Part shown: positions 20,789 to 29,254 of the stretch, in pieces
How the letters are laid out: the number at the start of each line of letters is the position of its first letter
Position numbering within the stretch: position 1 is the first letter of the stretch
Assembly: GCA_963712275.1 (NCBI GenBank)
Contig: CAVQHD010000001.1
Coordinates: 640,001-704,000 of the forward strand
Direction: 5' to 3'
Source: an uncultured Rhabdochlamydiaceae bacterium
GTDB taxonomy: Bacteria; Chlamydiota; Chlamydiia; Chlamydiales; Rhabdochlamydiaceae
Length of the DNA stretch: 64,000 nucleotides
Program-made: the position numbers and the translations under genes
Notes under the pieces: generated by a model
Database searches by the model: none
What the model was told of the DNA's origin: nothing
The model's input: the letters and a program-made list of their open reading frames with translations, nothing else

Positions 20789-20964
20789 TTAGAAGCTGTC
20801 TTAAAACTCAGTTTCTGTCGATTTTTGGGGCTTTTTGAGCCAATTTTCGCTTTATTTGGTGGGGGTTATATCAACTTTCGTATATTACCCCCACCAAATA
20901 AAGCGAAAATTGGCCAAAAATCCTCCAAAAAGCGACGAAACCTGAGTTTTAAGACAGCTTCTTA
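20789..20964. mobile_element. Palindromic MITE/RPE-like element B (homolog of A, opposite orientation)
   Basis: IR AGAAGCTGTCTTAAAACTCAG / CTGAGTTTTAAGACAGCTTCT; flanking TTA duplication; core ATATCAACTTTCGTATATTACCCC shared with A. Confidence 0.85.
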
Positions 20965-20969
20965 GGGCT

Positions 20970-21623
20970 ATGGTTGCGGGGCTTTTTGCTGTCCACAAGA
21001 AGGGCCACCTTTATGTAGCGCCTAAAATCATTCGTGAAATCAAGCAATCTCTCCAGATCAACCGCTGGTATAAAAACAAGTTAATTTTCTTAGCTGGAGA
21101 CGTAGCAGCTGCGAGGGTACTCGAATCTTTTGACCTTCCTGTTTTTCGAGTTTTCGATGATGCTCCAGCTCATGTTTGCCAAGAACCTGCGTTTCGGATG
21201 AAACATTGGATGATTTTTTGGATGCTTCAAAAATTTGGAGAAGTACTCTGGATTGACTGGGATACGATTAACCTGATCCCTCTTGACGACGCCTTTTTTT
21301 CCTTTTGCCGAGCGCATCAGACTCCGAAATTTGTTTACATTCCTGGCTACCACGCTACGGTTAATTGTAGTGTCTATTATGTCTCGCATCATTGGATAAA
21401 AGAGATGGAAAGAAGCTTTAGTTCCCAGGTTTCTAATCCTAATGATGAGCTCCTTTGGACTTCTGTGCTTCCTAAAGACGTTGTTCACTTAAAGGAATTT
21501 TGGTGGGGGGATAAGGTTGTCAATGTCTGGCTCAAAAGTGAATGTTCTTGGATCAAAAAAGAGACTTATTTTGTCCATGTTAAGACATTTTCCTATCTTA
21601 AACAGCTGAACCTATCCCAATAA
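20970..21623 (+). CDS. Putative GT-A fold nucleotide-sugar transferase
   Basis: EVLWIDWDT DXD-like motif and NDELL; lies within the glycan cluster. Confidence 0.55.
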   Translation: MVAGLFAVHKKGHLYVAPKIIREIKQSLQINRWYKNKLIFLAGDVAAARVLESFDLPVFRVFDDAPAHVCQEPAFRMKHWMIFWMLQKFGEVLWIDWDTINLIPLDDAFFSFCRAHQTPKFVYIPGYHATVNCSVYYVSHHWIKEMERSFSSQVSNPNDELLWTSVLPKDVVHLKEFWWGDKVVNVWLKSECSWIKKETYFVHVKTFSYLKQLNLSQ

Positions 21624-22514
21624 AAAAAGAGTGAACTGATTGATCAACCAGTGCATTCCTGCTTCTACTGGAGTACAAGCTTCCCAGTTCAAGAGTTTTT
21701 TTGCCAGGCTTGTATCTCCCCAAAATCTCGATACATCAAAAGAACGGGGGATTCCTTCGATAATCTTGAGAGGATGAACGCTTGATTGTCGAGCGACCTG
21801 GGCAATCTGTCCTAAGCTGATAGGAATTCCTCTCGTCAAATGGATAGGAGGCAAGAGCTCTTTCTTTTGTGCCATGAGCCGAATGAGGGACAAGAGCCCT
21901 TGAATAACATCTTCAAGATAGGTGAAATCGAAAAGATGATCTCTCCCATCGACTCTAATTTCACTTCCTTGGGCTGCAGCAAGGCAAAAAGCAGGGACCA
22001 CACGGTCAGGGTGATCATGAACGCTTCCAAAGACGTTGGAAAAGCGAATGATAGCAGTGTGCAACCCTTTCTCTCTTGCTTGGAGGACAATTTTTTCTGC
22101 TTCAAATTTAGATTCTCCATAAATATTCACAGGTGAAAGCGGAGCTGACTCTTTAACTGGAAAATCATTCTGTTGTCCATAAACTTCTCGACTGCTTGCA
22201 TAGATGACCCAAGGGTTTTTTTCTGAAGCCAAGGCGGCTTCTAGGATATTTTTTGTCCCTTCTACATTAGTTTTTGAGCAGAGCTGAGGATTTTTTTCTC
22301 CATCGATCACCCTTGAAATCGCGGCTAGATGAACAATTCCATCCACCTGCTTGATAAGAGGAAATAATTGTTCAGGATTTAAAATATCGCCATACTCGGG
22401 GTCTTGCAAAGCGCATTTGATATCTATTCCTAGAACCTCCACGTAAAGTAGCTGGAGCGCTCGTTTTAAAGCAGAGCCTATCAGCCCTTTTGATCCCGTA
22501 ATTAAAATATGCAT
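21612..22514 (-). CDS. NAD-dependent epimerase/dehydratase
   Basis: ILITGSKGLIG, HLAA, ASSREVYG, YGESK (YxxxK). Confidence 0.9.
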   Translation of the reverse strand: MHILITGSKGLIGSALKRALQLLYVEVLGIDIKCALQDPEYGDILNPEQLFPLIKQVDGIVHLAAISRVIDGEKNPQLCSKTNVEGTKNILEAALASEKNPWVIYASSREVYGQQNDFPVKESAPLSPVNIYGESKFEAEKIVLQAREKGLHTAIIRFSNVFGSVHDHPDRVVPAFCLAAAQGSEIRVDGRDHLFDFTYLEDVIQGLLSLIRLMAQKKELLPPIHLTRGIPISLGQIAQVARQSSVHPLKIIEGIPRSFDVSRFWGDTSLAKKLLNWEACTPVEAGMHWLINQFTLFLLG

Positions 22515-22531
22515 AAAACGATGCTCCTTAT

Positions 22532-22556
22532 AGAGGGAGTTTTGCGAGCTCCCTCT
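22532..22556. repeat. Collapsed palindromic-element remnant (hairpin)
   Basis: AGAGGGAG-TTTTGCGAG-CTCCCTCT; the 21 bp GGAGTTTTGCGAGCTCCCTCT recurs at 25456-25476. Confidence 0.6.
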
Positions 22557-24263
22557 TTAACGGTTATTTTTTAACCAAACATCCAACACAAGTAGATTAA
22601 AAATGGTTCTTGAATGGTTGTTTGGGCTTGAGATGAGCTTTGTAATCCCATCGCGTGAAAATAAGCAGGTTTTCAGCAGCTCTCCTTCTAACAGCCGAAG
22701 GGTCATCCATTCTTTCAATGAGGTGCGAAACCAATGGTTTAAAGGAACCCCAAAACCCATTTTTTTTCGCTCTAAGATGAGTTGTGGAAGATGGTCTTTC
22801 ATAGCTAGCCTTAAAATTTCTTTTCCTCGAGGACCGGGACCGATGAGCTGCTTTATCGAACAACTTAAGGCAAAATCTGTCATTTGAGGCATCAGAAAAG
22901 GAGCCCGAGCCTCAAGACCAACTCCCATGCAAGCTCTATCAACTTTCATCAAAATATCATCGGTCAGATAAGTATTTATATCGACCCAGGATTTCAAGCG
23001 ATCCTTATCAATATAAGGCTTTTCTTGAGAATAAGATGACAAAAATAATGAATCTTTGTCGTATTTCATCAAATCGGGATGACAAATGAGCTTTAATGTT
23101 TCGGTTGACGTGGCAGCAAAGACCTCTAAATATTTTTTAAACTCTCCCTTAAAAAAGTACCGTTCATATCCATGGAAAAACTCATCTGCGCCATCCCCTG
23201 TCAACACAACATCGACCTGTTCTTTAGCAAAACGGGCTAAACACGACATCGGCACCATCGATTCATCTGCAAAAGGCTCGTCGTATAAGCCTGCAATCAA
23301 ATCAAAATGGCTTAGAAAAAAAGAAGGATCGCATTTTACAGTGTTGTGTTGAACTCCAAGCGCTCGAGCAGCTTCTTTAAAATAGAGCTGCTCTGAATAT
23401 GTCTCGTCATCCCAGTGAAGGGAAAAGGCCGAGATATTTTCCAGATTTTTAGACAGAAGATAAGCAATCGTCGTAGAATCAATTCCACCGCTTAAAAAAA
23501 CGCCGACTGGCCTATCTGAAACTGAGCAATTTTTGACACTTAAGTCTAGAAGGTGGAACAACTGCTCAGGGCTTTTTAAGGTTTTTTCTTTTGGGACTGA
23601 AGGAGAAAAATACCGATTTTTCGCTAGCTGTCCTTCTTGCCAAATTAAAATAGAACCTGGTTCCAGTTTAAAGAGATTTTTCCATCCTGTTCTTGGGTGA
23701 GGCAGATAACTATTCTTTAAAAAGATAGGAATGTCTTCGAGGTTCATATCCCATTTAAGGTGGGGCCAACTCTTGAGCCCTTTGATTTCTGAGGCAAAGG
23801 CTAAAAAACCTTCTCCAGATGTATAATAAAGGGGTTTTTCTCCCCAGCGATCTCGTCCAAGATATAAGGTTTTACTCCCACGATCCCAAAGGGCAAAGGC
23901 AAACATTCCCACGAGCTCTGACACGACGGACGGCCCAAATTGCAGGAAAGCATTTAGGAAAATTTCTGTATCGCAGTCTGTTTCAAATGTAGATCCAGCT
24001 TGTAACAGTTTATCTTTGAGCGGTTTTATGTCGTAGAGTTCTCCATTAAACACAAGCGTCAAGCCTTGGCGCGTCATAGGCTGCGTCCCATGTTCTGGAT
24101 CTCTAATGGCTAAACGGGAGACTCCCAAAGCAACGCCTTTATCGACATAGAATCCCTGCTGATCGGGTCCCCGATGATGTAAGGCTCTGCAAGCAGATTC
24201 AATGTGCTTTTGCAACTCTTTCTCTGAAAAAACGAATCCTACAAGCCCCGCTATCCCGCACAT
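22557..24263 (-). CDS. asnB: Asparagine synthase (glutamine-hydrolysing) family amidotransferase
   Basis: MCGIAG, HRGPD, RLAIRD, NGELY, FLSGGIDS, LTGDGADE, RKKMGF. Confidence 0.92.
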   Translation of the reverse strand: MCGIAGLVGFVFSEKELQKHIESACRALHHRGPDQQGFYVDKGVALGVSRLAIRDPEHGTQPMTRQGLTLVFNGELYDIKPLKDKLLQAGSTFETDCDTEIFLNAFLQFGPSVVSELVGMFAFALWDRGSKTLYLGRDRWGEKPLYYTSGEGFLAFASEIKGLKSWPHLKWDMNLEDIPIFLKNSYLPHPRTGWKNLFKLEPGSILIWQEGQLAKNRYFSPSVPKEKTLKSPEQLFHLLDLSVKNCSVSDRPVGVFLSGGIDSTTIAYLLSKNLENISAFSLHWDDETYSEQLYFKEAARALGVQHNTVKCDPSFFLSHFDLIAGLYDEPFADESMVPMSCLARFAKEQVDVVLTGDGADEFFHGYERYFFKGEFKKYLEVFAATSTETLKLICHPDLMKYDKDSLFLSSYSQEKPYIDKDRLKSWVDINTYLTDDILMKVDRACMGVGLEARAPFLMPQMTDFALSCSIKQLIGPGPRGKEILRLAMKDHLPQLILERKKMGFGVPLNHWFRTSLKEWMTLRLLEGELLKTCLFSRDGITKLISSPNNHSRTIFNLLVLDVWLKNNR

Positions 24264-25237
24264 GCCGATTGCTCTAGATGTTGCTTTAAAAGACCTCGAT
24301 CTAATGGAGAGTATTTTTTCATTTTAAATCGGAGATATTCTAAGTCTTCGCTTTGGCTTTTTTTGTCGTAGTTGTGGACATTTCCTCCATGGAGACGATA
24401 AACATAGAGTGGGGTTTCAATGAACGCGATATGCTGCGGGTCTGCCAACAGTTCAAGCATAGGAAACATAAAAGCGCTATCTCCAGAAGCGTGAAAATAC
24501 TCTCCGGTAGGGCGTAAGAAATCCTTTGGATCGATATAATCCCAAAGCCAACGCCTGAAGGTTCGAAAGTGAAAGCATCGAAATCCGTCTTCACGAAAAG
24601 AGCCGTTTTTCCAGACAGAGGGTGGATATTCTGTGTTCACAAACCCTTTGTCAGAAAAATACTTCTGCTGCGTATCTTGATAAGGGCGAAAATCAATGAG
24701 CACATTTCCATACGTTAGAGCAATATTAGGATTAGCATAAGCCTCTGCAATTGTTTGAATGGCATGAGAGAGTAGATAGTCATCTCCATCCACTAGGCAG
24801 ACAATGGCATCAGGTGATTTAATCATCGGGACAGCTTGTGCAAGAGATCCGATTTGATAGTGCCGGGTTTGCAATAAAACAAGCTTTCCATTGATTGCTT
24901 TTAGCCATCGCTTGAGTTTTTCAACCTCTTCCTTCGAGTACTGAGAGGTATCGTCAACATAAAAAGCGGATATACCCAAACAACTTGAAAAATTGGTTTT
25001 TGACCGCGTCGGCTTTACCTCATAATTCTTGTCTTCACTCGTGCCTTGCCTACCGGCAATGGTCTCTCGTTCCAGACAAGAATTATGAGGAGCCTCCTTG
25101 TCAAATTCCCAATTTTTCAAGTTGTTTGGGTATAATGGAAAAGTTCCCAGCTGAGCTTGGATCGATTCAATACACATTTTTGCAAAAGAAAGGGTGCGAT
25201 GGCCTGTAATGACAAAGACAAAGTCTAAATTCTGCAA
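24251..25237 (-). CDS. Glycosyltransferase family 2-like protein carrying a 54-aa in-frame palindromic insertion
   Basis: CIESIQAQ...FYVDD, LVDGDDYL, PLYVYRLH. Confidence 0.8.
   Translation of the reverse strand: MQNLDFVFVITGHRTLSFAKMCIESIQAQLGTFPLYPNNLKNWEFDKEAPHNSCLERETIAGRQGTSEDKNYEVKPTRSKTNFSSCLGISAFYVDDTSQYSKEEVEKLKRWLKAINGKLVLLQTRHYQIGSLAQAVPMIKSPDAIVCLVDGDDYLLSHAIQTIAEAYANPNIALTYGNVLIDFRPYQDTQQKYFSDKGFVNTEYPPSVWKNGSFREDGFRCFHFRTFRRWLWDYIDPKDFLRPTGEYFHASGDSAFMFPMLELLADPQHIAFIETPLYVYRLHGGNVHNYDKKSQSEDLEYLRFKMKKYSPLDRGLLKQHLEQSACAG
24971..25134. mobile_element. Palindromic element C, in frame inside the GT2 gene
   Basis: 26 bp perfect IR TATACCCAAACAACTTGAAAAATTGG; inner 17 bp IR CCTCATAATTCTTGTCT. 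Confidence 0.88.
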
Positions 25238-25446
25238 TTGTTTGATAGTAACCTGAGTTTCGGGTTCAGTTTATAGAGTCTTATAGCATCTTTCGGCCAA
25301 TTTTCAAAGCAGGGTAACACTTTTTTGTGATTTAATGATGAGAACGATAAAATTTTTGCAGGAACGCTCAAAGCAGCTCTTCCTCCATCATTCTTATCGT
25401 TATATCGTTCTCATCTTTAATCTTGTTGCTCGATAAAAAGAACTTA

Positions 25447-25476
25447 CCCCAAATCGGAGTTTTGCGAGCTCCCTCT
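25447..25476 (+). repeat. Right-end remnant of a D-type palindromic element
   Basis: CCCCAAATCGGAGTTTTGC matches the D right end CCCCAAATTGGAGTTTTGC. Confidence 0.6.
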
Positions 25477-25485
25477 GAATGTGAT

Positions 25486-26001
25486 TCAAAAAAGGAACAG
25501 GTTTTGGAGAGGGATATCATGCGGATCGTGAGGCAGGATTTCCGTCAGCTGTTCTTTAAATCCGATGCCAATGGATAAGATGGCGTTTTTAGCTAGATAC
25601 TGATCGTAATGTCCTTTCCCATAACCTAGACGGTAATGGTGTTTGTCGAAAGCAAGCCCTGGAACAAGGACGGCGCCTAGCTGCTTGATCTGCGGGCAAC
25701 GAGAAGGGAGCGGCTCTAAAAAACCTAGAGGAGAAGGAGTTAGCTGGGCGCTAAGATCTTCAACCTGGTAAAACATGAGATGGCCGTTTTCAAGGCGGGG
25801 GAGGGCAAGCGACTTTGTTTGCGCTAGGACAAGGTTGAGAAAGTGGGTGCTGAGCTCATCTCGAAATGATGCAAAAGATCCGATGACTCCTTCTGGCAGA
25901 GGCATTTTTGCCAGAGCGCGGGAGGCTGCAGTTCTTCTTTCGGGAGAGATAAGGCTTCGCTTTTTAAGCCAGATGAGGCGGAGCGCTGCCTTATGGGTCA
26001 T
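25486..26001 (-). CDS. ygfA: 5-formyltetrahydrofolate cyclo-ligase
   Basis: KAALR, LVPGLAFD, RLGYGKGHYD, PHDIPL. Confidence 0.92.
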   Translation of the reverse strand: MTHKAALRLIWLKKRSLISPERRTAASRALAKMPLPEGVIGSFASFRDELSTHFLNLVLAQTKSLALPRLENGHLMFYQVEDLSAQLTPSPLGFLEPLPSRCPQIKQLGAVLVPGLAFDKHHYRLGYGKGHYDQYLAKNAILSIGIGFKEQLTEILPHDPHDIPLQNLFLF

Positions 26002-27433
26002 TTTGAGGGACCCCTTTTTCATAGAGGATTTTTCTAATGAATCGTCCGTCCTTATCAAAAAGGGTTGCAGTTCCTTTTCCATTTTCAACTTTTGAAATCG
26101 GTTTTTTTTCCCATTTTTTAAAGTAAGACCCCTTGATCAAAAGGTCATCTTCATACTCTTCCATGAGCATGAGATCCCCTTCTTTGAACCACCCAAATGA
26201 GAGCCCATGTTTTTTATTATTGTGGATCTCCCGCTGACTTTCTAAAACACCGGTTTCATACCATGTTTTTGCAGTTCCTTGAATCGTATCTTGATCCCAC
26301 TCTAGGTACAGTTTGGGGCGGGCAGGTTTTGTCGCTATAGGATAGTATTCCCATTCTTCTCCTGTTTTCATCCCATCTTTAAGATGATACTCGCCAATCA
26401 GAGTGCCGGCGGAATTGAAGTTTTGTATAAGGCCCTCTATTGTGCCATTTTGATATTCGATGAGAGATGCCAAAAAACCATCTTGAAACACAGCTTGTTT
26501 TCCAAAGCTATTCTGAATTTCTGCAACAACCTCTCCATTGACATTAAAATATTGAGCTTGGACCAGAAGGCCATTTTGATAGAGCTCTTCGGATTTGAGT
26601 TTTTCAAGGGACCAAAAGGTGGTTGAAAGGCCCTCTTTTTCTCCATGGAGATAAGGTGTTGATTCGAGGCACTCTCCTGTCTGGCTATATTCGTGAAAGG
26701 TGCCGTGAATTTCATTTTTTTGATACGGAATCCTTTTCATCACCTGTCCTGTGGGGAAGTAGTGAAAAGATTCTCCTTCTAATACTCCTTTGCTATAAGG
26801 GATCGAAGCAACCTTACGCCCTTGCTCGTCAAAAACTTCAGAGAGCCCATCGAAGAGCCAGGTTCTCTGAGCCATTTCACTAAGGTCTGGAGTTCCTTCG
26901 ATGACAAAGGCTGAAATTTTAAGCTGCCCATTCGGATGCCATTCTTTGTAATCGCCGTAAGCCCGTCCATTACAAACCTCTAAATACTGCCAAAGCTCTC
27001 CGTTTGAATGGTATGTTGTCATTTTTGAGATGGTTTTCCCCACACCGGCTTTTTTATAAACGCGCACGACTTTTTGATACGGCTGCGCTTGCATAAAGTC
27101 GGTTTTGTCATAGGTGGCAAGACGGTCTTGCAGGCTAATCGTCTCTGAAAAACCATTCCGATCTAGAATCTGAATAGAGCTCATTTGATCGGGTGTTGTG
27201 GAAGCAGAGTAAGTGCAGCCGGCAAGAAGAAAGAGTATAAGAGCCAGTTGCAAAACTCGCTTTGGAGGCCAAATTCGATGAATTTGCCGCTGGTTCCTTT
27301 TCTCCGCAAATTGACATGCTCGACTCAGAGTAGGCGATTTGCGGAGAAAAGGAATCCAGCGGCAAAAGCGCGGATTTGGCCCCAAATTGGAGTTTTGCAA
27401 CTGGCTCATAAGCCCTGTTTTGTAGAGATTCAT
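25991..27433 (-). CDS. MORN-variant repeat (YwqK-like) lipoprotein; signal peptide interrupted in frame by element D
   Basis: Repeated G-x-x-x-x-W/Y-H-x-N-G units; lipobox LAGC. Confidence 0.85.
   Translation of the reverse strand: MNLYKTGLMSQLQNSNLGPNPRFCRWIPFLRKSPTLSRACQFAEKRNQRQIHRIWPPKRVLQLALILFLLAGCTYSASTTPDQMSSIQILDRNGFSETISLQDRLATYDKTDFMQAQPYQKVVRVYKKAGVGKTISKMTTYHSNGELWQYLEVCNGRAYGDYKEWHPNGQLKISAFVIEGTPDLSEMAQRTWLFDGLSEVFDEQGRKVASIPYSKGVLEGESFHYFPTGQVMKRIPYQKNEIHGTFHEYSQTGECLESTPYLHGEKEGLSTTFWSLEKLKSEELYQNGLLVQAQYFNVNGEVVAEIQNSFGKQAVFQDGFLASLIEYQNGTIEGLIQNFNSAGTLIGEYHLKDGMKTGEEWEYYPIATKPARPKLYLEWDQDTIQGTAKTWYETGVLESQREIHNNKKHGLSFGWFKEGDLMLMEEYEDDLLIKGSYFKKWEKKPISKVENGKGTATLFDKDGRFIRKILYEKGVPQNDP
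27238..27411. mobile_element. Palindromic element D, in frame inside a lipoprotein signal peptide
   Basis: 18 bp IR GAGCCAGTTGCAAAACTC; inner IR TTCCTTTTCTCCGCAAAT / ATTTGCGGAGAAAAGGAA; TAA duplication. Confidence 0.88.
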
Positions 27434-28059
27434 TTTTGCAGCAGCTCCATGTCAATTGAGTAGACTTTTTCGCCCCCCTTCTCATCGCATTTTAGAAGAT
27501 CAAATTTTTTAATGAGAAGGAAGGGTTTACCCTGAGTTGCATCATACCGACCTCCTTCAAGAGCCTCAAGGATATTTCTTAAGTCGCTTAAATCCATTTG
27601 AACACGGTGGGATAGACGGTATTCGAAAGGGCGGTCAAGAGGTTCAAATTGCATCCGATTTTGAGGGCTGTCTAAAAATGAGATTCTCTCATGCAAAGAG
27701 GCGTTGTCAGGAAATTGGCGACTTAAGATCTTCGCACGGCGTTTTTCGCCCTCGAGGAGGGGCATTTGTTCAGCGACTTTTTTTAAGTAGTCACGCTCTC
27801 CCTGAAGAGCTTGCTTCTCCAGCTTGCGGTAACGGTTATTTTGCGCCTGAAGAGCAATAGCTCGACTTGAAAGTAAAGAAATTTCTTGACGCATCGATTG
27901 AATCTTACCATAGCGGTGAATGGCCTTTTGACAAGTCAGGGCCCAAACTCCGAGCAAAACGAGTGAGAGAGCGCCCATCCACACCCAAAAAGGAATCTCT
28001 TTTATTCGTTTTTGGAGAGAGGGAAAGAAAGTTTGTAATCTTGGAGAGAAGAGGTCCAT
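27430..28059 (-). CDS. Membrane-anchored hypothetical protein of the conserved chlamydial block
   Basis: Single TM followed by coiled coil; operonic with its neighbours. Confidence 0.65.
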   Translation of the reverse strand: MDLFSPRLQTFFPSLQKRIKEIPFWVWMGALSLVLLGVWALTCQKAIHRYGKIQSMRQEISLLSSRAIALQAQNNRYRKLEKQALQGERDYLKKVAEQMPLLEGEKRRAKILSRQFPDNASLHERISFLDSPQNRMQFEPLDRPFEYRLSHRVQMDLSDLRNILEALEGGRYDATQGKPFLLIKKFDLLKCDEKGGEKVYSIDMELLQK

Positions 28060-29228
28060 TTTAACTCTTGGGTTGATCCAATCAAGGAAGGAGCTTGCTG
28101 AAGTTGTTTAACAAATCGATCGGCGGCATCGGGTGTTTCCGCCCGAAATTCGAGCAAGAGCCGTGCGCGATAAGGAGCTACATTTTCTTTAGGGTATTCA
28201 AAGAGGTCGTATTCAATATGATGAAGGTCGACGGAAGGAGGGAAGGTCGATAGCCAAGCAAGAACGTCTTGAACCGTTGGGATATCAGGGACGGGAGCTG
28301 CTGCCTTCGTCTCCCGAATCAACTGCTGTCGAAAATGTTCGACGGTTTTAATTAAAGAGCCAGTTGCTAGGCAAAAGGGGGCGAGTTGTTTTTTCAGCTG
28401 ATGTTCTTGGTAAGAGAGGATGGCTAAGCTCATGGCTGCGGTGAGGAAGATGAGCCCTAGTCCAGCTCCTAAGGTTGCTATCAGCTGACGCCTTTGAGAT
28501 CTTTTTTTTCGAGTAGAAATAAAAGAGTTCGTGCGAAATTGACATCCCTTTTTTTCAAAATATTCAAGAGCAAGACCAATGGCTGGTGCATAACTGCAGA
28601 GCTCCTCAGGGCTCCATTGATCGCGGGAGGAAGGGGCCCCTACCCAGTCAAAGAGGGGAAACTTTTGTTTTACAAATTGTTGCAGGCGAAGCGTGTCTGG
28701 AGATTGGATGGCGCAAACGACTTTATCATCACTTAGAACAATAGCTTGGGTTTGGTAGCTGATGGCAAGCTCAGGTTGGTCTGGAAAAAGAAAGCGGCCC
28801 CACCGTGCAATGGCAAGGGGCTCGCAGGATACAATGTCGGGATCAATACCGATCGATTGCCAGTGCTGCAAGTGGGAGTCAAGGGTCTCTTTTAGAGCGA
28901 TCCAAACGACAACAAAGGTTTCTTTTGCCGATGTGTAGTATTGAGGAAAAACAAGGGCGCAATCGAGGGGCATTGGAAGAAGAGGCTCTAGTTGAAAGGG
29001 AAGCGCTTTAGCAACCATTCTAAGAGAGGTCAGAGGCAGGGAGAGATCCCTTCTTAGGACCTCGCTGCCTGCAAGCCCTGTGACAATAGAGATATTTTTT
29101 ATGGATAAAATCTCTTCAGGAAGGGAGAGTCCTTCTCCCAATTTTTCAATGAAAAGCCCCCTTTTCTCGCTTCTAACAAGCGCCCACCGAAGCCGATCTT
29201 CTACGTTTACAACGCCTACAGAATGCAT
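28002..29228 (-). CDS. Hypothetical protein, possibly GspL/PilM-PilN-like
   Basis: KALPFQLEPLLP and GIDPDIVSCEPLA resemble GspL/PilM cytoplasmic domains; central TM. Confidence 0.55.
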   Translation of the reverse strand: MHSVGVVNVEDRLRWALVRSEKRGLFIEKLGEGLSLPEEILSIKNISIVTGLAGSEVLRRDLSLPLTSLRMVAKALPFQLEPLLPMPLDCALVFPQYYTSAKETFVVVWIALKETLDSHLQHWQSIGIDPDIVSCEPLAIARWGRFLFPDQPELAISYQTQAIVLSDDKVVCAIQSPDTLRLQQFVKQKFPLFDWVGAPSSRDQWSPEELCSYAPAIGLALEYFEKKGCQFRTNSFISTRKKRSQRRQLIATLGAGLGLIFLTAAMSLAILSYQEHQLKKQLAPFCLATGSLIKTVEHFRQQLIRETKAAAPVPDIPTVQDVLAWLSTFPPSVDLHHIEYDLFEYPKENVAPYRARLLLEFRAETPDAADRFVKQLQQAPSLIGSTQELKWTSSLQDYKLSFPLSKNE

Positions 29229-29254
29229 AAGAGCATTTTATCTCCGATTCTGAT

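Noticed and set aside
22557..24263. Lasso peptide cyclase
   Set aside because: It retains the N-terminal Cys glutaminase domain, and no B protein or precursor is nearby.
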